From NCBI GenBank assembly GCA_016199985.1, contig JACQFQ010000013.1:5756-69755 (forward strand): a stretch of 64,000 nucleotides of DNA, in the 5' to 3' direction. The position numbers and the translations under genes were made by a program. Position 1 is the first letter of the stretch. Each line of letters starts with the position of its first letter. Positions 49,251 to 58,764 of the stretch are shown piece by piece. This DNA comes from Verrucomicrobiota bacterium (GTDB lineage Bacteria > Verrucomicrobiota > Verrucomicrobiia > Limisphaerales > UBA11320). The notes beneath the pieces are model-generated. The model did no database searches, was not told the origin of the DNA, and saw only the letters and a list, made by a program, of their open reading frames with translations.

Positions 49251-49448
49251 ATGACCAAAACCAAGCAGACCTTGCACAAGGGAGATGGCGTGACCCAGCT
49301 GGCTCACGAGACCAAGCGTTGGATTGCTTCCAGCAAAGGCCAGGAAACCATTCGACGAGCTTTGGCCGCAGCCAACCGCACGACTCAGCGCCTGGCGGAA
49401 GTCCGCAGTGTCAGTCGCGAGGCGTTGCACGAACCAGTGACTCGGTGA
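49251..49448 (+). CDS. Small basic hypothetical protein (65 aa)
   Basis: ATG 49251, amphipathic helix-like sequence, ends 7 nt before the next gene. Confidence 0.55.
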   Translation: MTKTKQTLHKGDGVTQLAHETKRWIASSKGQETIRRALAAANRTTQRLAEVRSVSREALHEPVTR

Positions 49449-49455
49449 TTCCCTC

Positions 49456-51015
49456 ATGGCCAACGCGTTCGAGGTTGCACCTTACTCCATCGACGCGTTG
49501 AAACGATTGCTGCGTCGGGGCGCCAGAGCGTCGGCGCTTGTAGTAAGCCGCAAGCAGCACACGCAGTACTTCCGAAATTACTTCAAGGCACTCAACGCGA
49601 AGACCATCGTCTCCGAGGCCGACTACATCGATCGGGATTACCTCGAAGACTTCGCCGGGTACTACGTTCGTTGCTTTCCCAATTACGCCCGGCGTTGCCG
49701 GCGGCTTCACTTTTTTGATTTCACTTTCTCCAAAGCGGACTTCACGAACCTGCTTGCTTCGCAGGCCGACAAAAAGACACTCGCGCGCTTTCAGAAGGGC
49801 TACTTGGGATTTCTCGTTGTCAAGCCACTGCCGGAAACCATCATCGGGCGCACCTGTTTGCGAACGTATATCGAGAAGGACGAGCGCTGCTTTCCAATTA
49901 CGCGCCACTACGAGGCCAATCTTTTCGGCATCCCTCTGACGGTCAAGTCGCTCGCTTACCAAGAGCAGGACCGCGTGGCTGCGGCTTGCGCGACGAGTGC
50001 TCTCTGGTCGGTCTTCCACGGCACAGGGAAGCTCTTTCATCACCACATCCCGTCTCCAGTCGAGATTACCCGTGCGGCCAACGTCTTTGTTCCCTCGAGC
50101 AGCCGCAGTTTGCCGAGCAGTGGACTCAGCGTCTTCCAGATGGCACAGGCAATGCGCAGCGTGAGCCTGGAGCCGTATTACGTGAAGGCTTCGAACGATT
50201 ACGTCCTCAAAAGCACTCTCTACGCTTATCTGCGCGGGCGAGTCCCCGTGCTGCTGGGGATCGACCTTTATGAAATGGAGAAAGGAAAGGCCCATTTCGA
50301 CGGCAAACATGCTGTCACAGCCACCGGCTTTCGCCTTGAGAAGCTCAAGCCGGAGCCTCATGGCGACACTAAATTTCTTCTGCGTGCCTCTCGGATGAAC
50401 AAGCTCTACGCGCACGACGATCAAGTGGGACCATTTGCACGAATGATCTTGGATGGTGTGGAAGTAATGACCCGGTCCACTGGTAAGCAAACCTCGTTGA
50501 CCACCTCATGGGTGCCGCGCTTCGGCGATCAAATTCGCGCGGTTCCCGACGTCATGCTGGTGCCGCTGTACCACAAGATTCGCATTCCCTTTGACAGGGT
50601 ACATGATGCCGTGGTGCGCTTCGACAGCTTCGTGGAAGAACTCCGAAAACTAGCGCCAAACGTGCTTCGAGAAAGATTTGAGTGGGACATCTACCTGACC
50701 AATGGCAACGAACTCAAGAGCGAGATTCTGAAAGCGGACTCCATCAGTGGGAGCGAGAAGCAACAAGTGTTGTCCCAGCCGATGCCTCGCTTCATCTGGC
50801 GTGCCGCCGCGCGATTCGGAGGGACAACCATTCTTGACCTGCTTTTCGACGCCACTGATATCGAGCAAGGAGACTTTTTTGTTCGCGCAGTTGAATATGA
50901 TACCGGTGTCTCAAAGTTCTTCCGCCTGATTGCACGCGAACGCTCTCTACTGCGTTTGTTTGATCTTGGAGGCGAATCCCGGATTATAAATTGGTTTGCC
51001 AAACAACAGGCGTAG
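49456..51015 (+). CDS. Uncharacterised protein with papain-like (C39-like) cysteine peptidase motifs
   Basis: 519 aa; QEQDRVAAACATSALW (Gln/Cys), GKHAVTATGF (His), LYAHDDQVGPF (Asp); no signal peptide. Confidence 0.7.
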   Translation: MANAFEVAPYSIDALKRLLRRGARASALVVSRKQHTQYFRNYFKALNAKTIVSEADYIDRDYLEDFAGYYVRCFPNYARRCRRLHFFDFTFSKADFTNLLASQADKKTLARFQKGYLGFLVVKPLPETIIGRTCLRTYIEKDERCFPITRHYEANLFGIPLTVKSLAYQEQDRVAAACATSALWSVFHGTGKLFHHHIPSPVEITRAANVFVPSSSRSLPSSGLSVFQMAQAMRSVSLEPYYVKASNDYVLKSTLYAYLRGRVPVLLGIDLYEMEKGKAHFDGKHAVTATGFRLEKLKPEPHGDTKFLLRASRMNKLYAHDDQVGPFARMILDGVEVMTRSTGKQTSLTTSWVPRFGDQIRAVPDVMLVPLYHKIRIPFDRVHDAVVRFDSFVEELRKLAPNVLRERFEWDIYLTNGNELKSEILKADSISGSEKQQVLSQPMPRFIWRAAARFGGTTILDLLFDATDIEQGDFFVRAVEYDTGVSKFFRLIARERSLLRLFDLGGESRIINWFAKQQA

Positions 51016-51432
51016 TTGCCGTTACTCCCGTAGGTCTGATCCGCCCTTGACCAACGCGCGCTTCGTTTGGCGACTGTGCTAGCGACCAGTTCATGAGAAT
51101 GAGAGGAAAGTAAGCAGGGAATTGGTTGACCGCGCTCCGGGGAATCGTGGAAAAAAGTCTCCCACGTCTTGCGAAGCCGGACCGGCGATCACACCAGGAG
51201 GGCGATTCATTCGCGATCCCCGCTGTCCGTCGTCGCACCGGCTGCGTCAGATGGGGGAGGCAGGAGCGATAGCGAAGCGACGAGTCACACCAGGGTTCTC
51301 ATGAACTCATAGCTATGGAACGGCCCAGAAGTTTGCAATTTCGAAAAGCCTTACAGCTCCAGACCTCAATCGTCACACCAGCGAACGGCTTCTCAAGCTC
51401 GGGGAACACAAAGTGATGGCGTTGCTCCTGTC

Positions 51433-54315
51433 CTACAAGCTCCGGAGCCGGAAGAATTTCACGCGCTCATTGACCTCGATGGTCACCCGGTCGATGCCGC
51501 CCGATGCGACGGCAGGCTTCGTAACGCTGATCCAGGAGTCGGGCAAGAGATTGGTGGAACACTCCAGCACAAACCGGTCGAAGACCTCCGGCCACGAGAT
51601 GATGACTTGCTGGCCCAAGCGCTGAACGGACAGTTGAGGCAGTAGCGGCGCACTGTCCTCAGCGGAATGGAAGCCATCCTCGGCCTGGAGAATCACCCGG
51701 GCGTTGCTCTCGGGCGCCGGAAGTGAAGCCAGGCTCACGGTGAGCTGGGTGAGATCCGCATCCGTGACGAGCAGGTAGCGATCGGCCCCGTTCGGCGAAT
51801 ACAGAACGGAGTAGCGGAGCGAATCGCCATCCGGATCGGAGCCGCTCCAGCGCAGGCGCACCGCCGCGTTGGTCTGTTGCACCGAAAGGATCCGGACCGC
51901 AGGCGGAGCAGCGCTGGACGTGGCGGAAGCCAGCGGCGCGCCTTCTTTGAGAAGTCGGACCGAATGCGTGTTCGGCGGGAGATCGAGGACAAAATTGAAA
52001 GCAGACGAGTCCAGCGCACGGTCGCCGTCGAAGCCAAGATGCTGCAGGAAGGACAAGGTAAACGGGACAGTGCCGACGACATTGTTGGCCTGGTCTCGAA
52101 ACTCAATCGCATACGGACCCGGCTGCGGCGACTCGAAGCTAAACGTCGTGGTGGACACGATGAAGGGATCGAATGCCGCTTTGCCAGCCTGGCTGACCCT
52201 ACCGGAAATCAAAATAACCTGGCGCGGCGGCGCGGCCACCAGATCGAAAGCTTGCTTCCGCCGTTGCAGCTCCTTGGTCAGCCGGGGATAAAGATATTCG
52301 TAAGCCGATTGGCGAGTCCAGGCGCGGACATCCCCACCTCCCTCGAGCGCAGCCCCAATGCCAGCCGGAACGGCGGAGCGACCCGTACCACTCATGTATC
52401 CATAAACCGCTCCCAGGGCGATGGGTTCAGGCTCAGGTTGCGGCGGATTTTTGCTGGCATCCACTGTAATGAACACGCCGGCGCCAGCGTCCGAAGTCAC
52501 CGGAAGATCGTCATCACGTTTCTTCAGCACTGGCCTCAGGCCGCTGACATCGAAGGCCATCTCCTCCTCCAGAATATAGTACCCCGCAGAGGTGCCTTGG
52601 GCATCCATCTTCTCCCCATGGGCTGCATTCACTCCCCCCCCGGAGCTCGGGTTCGCATAGTCATCTCCAAAGCCCTGCGTGTGACCAATCTCGTGAGCCA
52701 CCGTGGACCCGATGATCACCGCATTGGGTCGGAGCAGAGTGGGATCGCCGCTGGGGATGCGGTCCAGGGTGATGACAGTCTTGGGACTTGGTTGATTGCG
52801 CAAGGTAAAGCCCAGCAAGGAAACCCCCTCATCCTTTCCAGCGGGAGCGTTGTTGGCGCCAACCACATTGTTCGCCACGGCCAGGACGAAGTTGTTTTGA
52901 GGACTGGTCTGCCCGTAAAGATTGGTCACAGCCTTGTCATTGCGGAGAATCTGGCAGAGGAAATGTTTCTGGAATCGACTCAGGTCGTTGCAATCCAGCT
53001 CACTTCTCCCATCAAGGTCATATCGAGGCAGGACTGTGACCTGCACGTGCTCCTCGTCCACGGGATAGACGCGGCGAAGAAAGTCACCGGCCTGCTCCAG
53101 CAGGACCCCATCAGCGGTATCCGGACCAGGGGCCGGGGAATCCTCCGGGCCAATCAGATTGCCTTTCCCGTCGTCAAGACCCACCGGGAGGACGAAAATG
53201 TTGATCTGCACGCTTTCGCGAAACAGACACGTGAGCGTGTCGGTCATCTCAGGAAGGACGCCGGCGCTTCTCGGAGAAACGCGAACAGAAAAGGTATGTG
53301 TACCGGCGGTAAGCAGTCGGTTTGCGGTGTCGCCGGTGATGAAAAAATTGAGACTATCCTCGGCTCGGCGACGCTGGCCCAAAGTGAAACTGTGACCCAA
53401 CGGATAGAACTTTCCGCTGCTGCGAAACAGCTCATCCGACGCGCAGCTGCCTGCGTCGCCATCGACGCACAGGGAGGCGTCCACGTCAGCCGTGGGGCCG
53501 TCGACACCGGTGTCACCAAACACCCGCACCACCAGGTCCTTTCCCGCGACCAGCGCATAACTGCACCCGCCCACGAGCGCCGGCTGACGGTTGAGAACTG
53601 TTTGGATCGGCACCGTGCGAATTCTGGAGATAAGAAACTCAGCGGTCACGGCGCCGACATTATCGTCATACCAACCTGCAGGGAGGGTGCCGCCGCAATG
53701 ATCGGGGATGCCCAGGAAAAGACGCGTCGCGTTCGTGGGAACGATGAATCGTTGAACCTGTCCCAAGGCCGTCAGCCCATCTCCAATATAAAAGACCTGG
53801 CCGATGCCAGGCTCCAGGTTTGTGAAGGCGAGGCTGATCGCGGCGAAATTGATGGCCGGTGGCGCCGGGTTCACGGGCTCGATGTCTGAGAGAAAGACCC
53901 CCACCAGGCAGGCATAGCGTTGAGCCTCAAAACCCGAGATACCATTCACGGGGCTGATGATAAAGCCACTGGGTCCGCTGTCGGATCCATGCCCCTCCGG
54001 CAAAGCCGCGCCGCCGAACGCTACATCAATCGTGCCGGTAACCTTGGAGAATGTGAGCACTTGTCCGCAAGCGGCAGGAAAGGAGAACGAAACGGGCGGC
54101 AAGCCTCCTCCTCCACCCGTTTGTGGCGTGTTTTTGGGTGATGAGTGCCCCGCCCCAAAGATGTTGCAGCGGGCATCCACCACGAGTGTAGCTGCATGAA
54201 GACCAGGAGTGAAAGACAGAGACAGAGCTGATCCCAGGAAGGCTGAAGTCGCACCAACGCGGGTGACTTTGACGCTCAGGATCCTCAGGAGAGATCTTAC
54301 GAGGCCATTTCTCAT
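51433..54315 (-). CDS. Secreted multidomain zinc metallopeptidase
   Basis: Signal-like N-terminus ending LHA, lectin-like N-domain, VAHEIGHTQGFGD, YGYMSG Met-turn-like, FN3-like WSGSDPDGDSLRYSV, C-terminal ISWP...LECSTNL...W...FFRL tail. Confidence 0.78.
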   Translation of the reverse strand: MRNGLVRSLLRILSVKVTRVGATSAFLGSALSLSFTPGLHAATLVVDARCNIFGAGHSSPKNTPQTGGGGGLPPVSFSFPAACGQVLTFSKVTGTIDVAFGGAALPEGHGSDSGPSGFIISPVNGISGFEAQRYACLVGVFLSDIEPVNPAPPAINFAAISLAFTNLEPGIGQVFYIGDGLTALGQVQRFIVPTNATRLFLGIPDHCGGTLPAGWYDDNVGAVTAEFLISRIRTVPIQTVLNRQPALVGGCSYALVAGKDLVVRVFGDTGVDGPTADVDASLCVDGDAGSCASDELFRSSGKFYPLGHSFTLGQRRRAEDSLNFFITGDTANRLLTAGTHTFSVRVSPRSAGVLPEMTDTLTCLFRESVQINIFVLPVGLDDGKGNLIGPEDSPAPGPDTADGVLLEQAGDFLRRVYPVDEEHVQVTVLPRYDLDGRSELDCNDLSRFQKHFLCQILRNDKAVTNLYGQTSPQNNFVLAVANNVVGANNAPAGKDEGVSLLGFTLRNQPSPKTVITLDRIPSGDPTLLRPNAVIIGSTVAHEIGHTQGFGDDYANPSSGGGVNAAHGEKMDAQGTSAGYYILEEEMAFDVSGLRPVLKKRDDDLPVTSDAGAGVFITVDASKNPPQPEPEPIALGAVYGYMSGTGRSAVPAGIGAALEGGGDVRAWTRQSAYEYLYPRLTKELQRRKQAFDLVAAPPRQVILISGRVSQAGKAAFDPFIVSTTTFSFESPQPGPYAIEFRDQANNVVGTVPFTLSFLQHLGFDGDRALDSSAFNFVLDLPPNTHSVRLLKEGAPLASATSSAAPPAVRILSVQQTNAAVRLRWSGSDPDGDSLRYSVLYSPNGADRYLLVTDADLTQLTVSLASLPAPESNARVILQAEDGFHSAEDSAPLLPQLSVQRLGQQVIISWPEVFDRFVLECSTNLLPDSWISVTKPAVASGGIDRVTIEVNERVKFFRLRSL

Positions 54316-54678
54316 AAGCGACACTTTTGAATTACATTAACGTGCTCAGATTTCGTGCCCGCTGTCAAAGCACGAGTGTCGTATGCGAGAAGAACCTCAT
54401 TTGGAGGGCTGGCGCGCGGAGGCGTAGCGACACGGGAAGTCTGCCGAAGCCCGACCCCCGCCCCAGGAGCTTCGGCGGGCAGCCTTGCTCTCACTCGGCT
54501 TCCTCCATCGCCAAAAGCGAAGGGGCACAAGCGAGCGAAGGAGGAACAGGTGGAAATCTCGAATCTCTGGAAGGGGGCTTGCCACAAGCCGTAGCAACAG
54601 GGGAGGTCCGTCGAAGCCCGCCTACACCCAAGGGGCTTTGGCGAGGCGCCCTTGCTCACACTACGTTTGAGCGAAGGC

Positions 54679-54755
54679 TGGTGCACCCACCAGGAGTTGA
54701 ACCTGGAACCTTCTGATCCGTAGTCAGATGCTCTATCCAATTGAGCTATGAGTGC
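54679..54755 (-). tRNA. tRNA-Arg (ACG)
   Basis: Reverse complement GCACTCATAGCTCAATTGGATAGAGCATCTGACTACGGATCAGAAGGTTCCAGGTTCAACTCCTGGTGGGTGCACCA; cloverleaf with encoded CCA. Confidence 0.97.
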
Positions 54756-54770
54756 AAAACCGAGGGGCAG

Positions 54771-54799
54771 AAATTAGTGACGCACTCCCCGCGGGGCAA
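54771..54799 (-). promoter_or_regulatory. Putative sigma-70 promoter of tRNA-Arg
   Basis: TTGCCC-N17-TAATTT on the minus strand, ending 15 nt upstream of the tRNA. Confidence 0.5.
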
Positions 54800-54869
54800 G
54801 TGCTATTTTCTCAATCCCCATTTTCTCTCCGCTTGTTTGCCCCCGGCGTCCGACCGGCGCCGGGTCCTC

Positions 54870-56243
54870 TCACCTCACGTAAACAGGGTTCGAAAACACC
54901 CACGGCCTCTGCTCGCCATCGAGTTGGAGCCAGGCCTCCAACCGGTAGGCACCGGCTTCCGCGAGCGGGAACTCGAATAACTCCCTGCCCTCCGACCTCG
55001 CCACTTCCTCGCCGTGTCGCAGCAGGCGAATGAGAGCGGGGACGGGCAACGACGCCTTCAACTTCAGGCCCGGGACCCACTTCACCTCGTCGCCCATCAG
55101 TCCGACACGCTCGCCGCCGGCCGTCAGCGCCTCAAAGCGAAACCCGGTCGCATCGCACATCCAGTCATGAGCGACGAACGCGCGGCCGGCCTTCAGCGCG
55201 GCTCGGACGGACGCTTCGTCCAGCTCCGCTGCCAGCACATGTGTGCTGACGTTGCGGAAGGATCTGTAATACGGATCCATGTCCACCTTCGCGAGAAGGT
55301 CGCCGGGCTGATGTCCCTTTGTCAGTTGTCGGATGCCGGGACGCAACAAGGCCTTGAACTGTTTCAGATCGGAGTCCTTGTCGACAATCGTGCCCAGCGC
55401 CACCGTCTCGGCATCCACCATCTTCATCACGAAGACTTGATTGTGGTGGCAGTCGTTTGCCGCGATTCCGGTCAGCCGCCTTGTCCTGGTCCCCGAGTCC
55501 CATTTCTCGAGGTAGATCTGCGGATAGTCGCACTGGAACGCGAGCGTTTCATCCGGATACAGCCGCACGGCTTCCTGGAGTTCGGCCAAGCCTTCAGGAT
55601 CGGTGAGCTTCATGGCGAGAGCGATCAATGATCCGGGATCCCGCTTCGCGTCCCAGTGGCGGTTGTAGATCTCCAGCCCGGTCAGGCCTTCGAGCGAGTG
55701 ATCGGGCCGCTCCTCGATGTGGGACAGGAAAATCAGCCCTTCGCCTCCGGCCACAGCGGTCACGAAGTCTGGAGTCGGCAATTGCATCTTGTCCAAGATA
55801 GACACCATGGGATGGATGTCGAATCCCCGGACCTCCGAGCCCGGAATGAACAGCACTCCTTCTTTCAATCCACGCCAACGTCCGTCGATAAAATCACGCG
55901 GCGGACGGAAGTGATCCGCAAGGAGGATCGCGCTCACGCCCGCTCTCTTCGCGTCCGCGAGCATTTCAGGCAGCGTCCCTCCCGTGTGAGCCGAGTCCTC
56001 GGCGTGCGCGTGGAGAATGCATCGGTGATCATGGAGCCCCGCCATGGGCGGTGGCGAGGCTCGCCGGGAGCGAAGGCGCTCGGCGTCTTCGTGCGCGGCC
56101 CTCAGATGAGCGAGGGCGAGACGCTCCACGTTCGAGCGCTGGCGCGCCGGCGCGCGTCCCGGTTCCGCCCCGCGCAGCGACGCGGAGTTCAAGAGCGCGA
56201 GAGCGATGGAGGCGCCCACCGCGGCGGCGATTCTGTGAGCCAT
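54870..56243 (-). CDS. Exported PHP-like metallohydrolase
   Basis: Signal peptide; HAHAEDSAH, LADH, PGSE, LSHIEE, GLEIYN, ANDCHH; C-terminal GAYRLE...FSNPVYV. Confidence 0.8.
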   Translation of the reverse strand: MAHRIAAAVGASIALALLNSASLRGAEPGRAPARQRSNVERLALAHLRAAHEDAERLRSRRASPPPMAGLHDHRCILHAHAEDSAHTGGTLPEMLADAKRAGVSAILLADHFRPPRDFIDGRWRGLKEGVLFIPGSEVRGFDIHPMVSILDKMQLPTPDFVTAVAGGEGLIFLSHIEERPDHSLEGLTGLEIYNRHWDAKRDPGSLIALAMKLTDPEGLAELQEAVRLYPDETLAFQCDYPQIYLEKWDSGTRTRRLTGIAANDCHHNQVFVMKMVDAETVALGTIVDKDSDLKQFKALLRPGIRQLTKGHQPGDLLAKVDMDPYYRSFRNVSTHVLAAELDEASVRAALKAGRAFVAHDWMCDATGFRFEALTAGGERVGLMGDEVKWVPGLKLKASLPVPALIRLLRHGEEVARSEGRELFEFPLAEAGAYRLEAWLQLDGEQRPWVFSNPVYVR

Positions 56244-56353
56244 GTCGACCAGCATGGCAAGCCGCGGGGTGTCCTGCCAAGCGCTGGCATCGCCCTCGAA
56301 TCGGAGAAAAAGGTTTGTCCCATGGGCCGTTTCCAGAGAAGCTGCGCGGCCTT

Positions 56354-57670
56354 ATGCGTCGGGTGAATATAGGTCTGGTCGGCGCGGGAACCGTGGGCGG
56401 CGGGGTGTATCAAGCCATCCAGCGGAACGCGTCGCTCATGGCCTGCCGATTGGGCGTCTCGCTGCGAATCCATCGCGTGGCTGTCCGCGACATTCGCCGC
56501 GCGCGCGACGTCAGAATCCCCCGCTCGCTGCTCACCACGGATTGGAAGCAACTGACGCAGGATCCCCGGATCGATATCGTTGTGGAGCTCATGGGCGGGA
56601 CCTCCACGGCTCGCGAGGTCGTCGCCTCGGCCCTCCGCGCGGGCAAGCCCGTCGTTACGGCCAACAAGGCGCTCCTCTCGGCGCATGGCGAATCCCTCTT
56701 CTCGATCGCCCAGCAGCGCGGCGGCAATCTGTATTACGAAGCGAGCGTCGCGGGCGGCATTCCGATCATCAAGGTGCTGCGCGAAGCGATGGTGGGCAAC
56801 CGCATCACACGGCTCTACGGCATCGTCAACGGCACTTGCAATTACATCCTCACCCGGATGAAGCGCGAAGGCGCCGACTTCATGGACGTCCTTCGCGACG
56901 CGCAAAAGCTGGGATACGCCGAAGCCGAGCCTTCCCTCGACGTCGACGGCCACGACGCCGCCCACAAGACCGGCATTCTCGCCTCGCTGGCCCACGGCTT
57001 TTGGGTGAACCCCGCCCTCATCCACACCGAGGGCATCCGTCACATCACGCAGCGCGACATCGAATTCGCGGGCCAGCTGGGATACACGATCAAGCTGCTC
57101 GGCATCGTGAAGGCGCGGCCCGGAGTCGCGCGGGCGGCCAATCGCGTCCAGGTTTCCGTCTATCCCGCGCTCATCCCCAATTCGCACGTGCTGGCGAGCG
57201 TGAACGACGTTTTCAACGCCGTGTTCCTCCGCGGCGACATCGTGGGCGACACGCTTTACTACGGTCGGGGCGCCGGCCAGGACGCGACGGCCAGCTCCGT
57301 GCTGAGCGACCTGGGAGACGCCGCCCTGGACTTGCTCCACGACTCCCGCCGCCGAGTCCCCGCGTTCGTGGCCCACCGGGAAGGCGGACTCATGGTGCCC
57401 ATCGATGAAGCGGTGTCGCGCTATTACGTCCGGCTCGACGTGATCGATCGTCCCGGCGTTCTCGCCCGCATCGCCGCGATCCTGGGCCGCGCGAAGATTG
57501 GCATTTCCTCCGTCATTCAGCCGGAGGTCCACGGAGGCGGCGGCGTGCCCCTGATCCTGATGATCCACGACGCGACCAACGCCGCGATGCGGCGCGCCCT
57601 GACCAAGATCTCCAGGCTGTCGGTCGTCCGATCGCGGCCTTCGCTCATCCGCGTGGAGAGCTTCGACTAG
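56354..57670 (+). CDS. hom: Homoserine dehydrogenase with C-terminal ACT domain
   Basis: GAGTVG, VVTANKA, EASVAGGIP, NGTCNYIL, GYAEAEP, GRGAG, DRPGVLA. Confidence 0.96.
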   Translation: MRRVNIGLVGAGTVGGGVYQAIQRNASLMACRLGVSLRIHRVAVRDIRRARDVRIPRSLLTTDWKQLTQDPRIDIVVELMGGTSTAREVVASALRAGKPVVTANKALLSAHGESLFSIAQQRGGNLYYEASVAGGIPIIKVLREAMVGNRITRLYGIVNGTCNYILTRMKREGADFMDVLRDAQKLGYAEAEPSLDVDGHDAAHKTGILASLAHGFWVNPALIHTEGIRHITQRDIEFAGQLGYTIKLLGIVKARPGVARAANRVQVSVYPALIPNSHVLASVNDVFNAVFLRGDIVGDTLYYGRGAGQDATASSVLSDLGDAALDLLHDSRRRVPAFVAHREGGLMVPIDEAVSRYYVRLDVIDRPGVLARIAAILGRAKIGISSVIQPEVHGGGGVPLILMIHDATNAAMRRALTKISRLSVVRSRPSLIRVESFD

Positions 57671-57685
57671 CCCACGCCCTTTTTT

Positions 57686-58762
57686 ATGTCAGCCCCCCAC
57701 ACTTCTTCCTGGCCTGGCGTCATTCAACGCTACGCAGAACATCTCCCCGTCACCGCCGCGACGCCCATTGTCACTCTTCTTGAAGGCAACACGCCATTGA
57801 TCCGCGCTCCGCAATTCGTGGAGGCCATCGGGGGACGCTTCGAGCTGTATCTCAAATACGAAGGGCTCAATCCGACCTGCTCGTTCAAGGATCGCGGCAT
57901 GACGCTGGCGGTTTCGAAAGCGAAGGAGCGCGGCGCGGAAATCGTGGTGTGCGCCAGCACCGGGAACACCAGCGCGAGCGCCGCGGCTTACGCCGCCCGG
58001 GCGAAGATGCGCTGCGTCGTGCTCCTGCCGAACGGGAAAATCGCCTTGGGCAAACTCGCGCAAGCCTTGATGTATGGCGCGACCACGCTCGCCATCGAGG
58101 GCAACTTCGATCAGGCGCTGCAAATTGTCCGCGAGCTCGGAGAGACCGGGAAGGTGGAGGTGGTGAACAGCATCAACCCGGTCCGGATCGAGGGACAAAA
58201 GACCGCCGCGTTCGAGATCTGCGACGCTTTGGGCGACGCGCCCGATTTTCATTTTCTGCCAGTCGGCAACGCGGGGAACATCACGGCCTACTGGAGAGGC
58301 TACCGCGAATACCAGATGGCGGGAAAGAGCGACACCCTGCCCCGCATGTGCGGCTGGCAAGCCGCGGGGGCCGCGCCCATCGTCGACGGGCATCCCATCG
58401 AACACCCCAACACCGTCGCCACCGCGATCCGAATCGGCAACCCCGCCAGTTGGCAGGGGGCGACGAACGCCGTGAGCGAAAGCGGCGGATTGATCGACAA
58501 AGTCACCGACGAGGAGATCCTGCACGCCTACAAGCTCCTCGCCCGCACCGAAGGGGTCTTCGTGGAACCGGCCTGCGCCGCGCCGCTCGCGGGGCTGATC
58601 AAGGCGATCGAGCGACAGCTCATCCCGGACGGCAGCCTGGTCGCCGCCACCATGACCGGCCACGGACTGAAGGATCCCGACACGGCGCTGAAGACCGCTG
58701 GATTCGAACCCATCATCGTGGCGCCCGAGCGCGACGCGGTGATGCGTGTCATCGGCCTCTGA
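57686..58762 (+). CDS. thrC: Threonine synthase
   Basis: [19 protein letters not shown] lysine, [23 protein letters not shown]; follows hom. Confidence 0.96.
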   Translation: MSAPHTSSWPGVIQRYAEHLPVTAATPIVTLLEGNTPLIRAPQFVEAIGGRFELYLKYEGLNPTCSFKDRGMTLAVSKAKERGAEIVVCASTGNTSASAAAYAARAKMRCVVLLPNGKIALGKLAQALMYGATTLAIEGNFDQALQIVRELGETGKVEVVNSINPVRIEGQKTAAFEICDALGDAPDFHFLPVGNAGNITAYWRGYREYQMAGKSDTLPRMCGWQAAGAAPIVDGHPIEHPNTVATAIRIGNPASWQGATNAVSESGGLIDKVTDEEILHAYKLLARTEGVFVEPACAAPLAGLIKAIERQLIPDGSLVAATMTGHGLKDPDTALKTAGFEPIIVAPERDAVMRVIGL

Positions 58763-58764
58763 CA

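Noticed and set aside
49411-53889. Opposite-strand ORFs of 359 aa (49411-50490) and 670 aa (51877-53889)
   Set aside because: No motifs; antisense to better-supported genes.
56051-56353. N-terminal extension of the hom ORF (likewise 34529-34879 for the dehydrogenase)
   Set aside because: Overlaps neighbouring real genes; conserved domains begin at the downstream ATG.
57949-58764. Apparent 272-aa N-terminal extension of the decarboxylase ORF
   Set aside because: Alternate-frame read-through overlapping thrC; family similarity starts only after the thrC stop.
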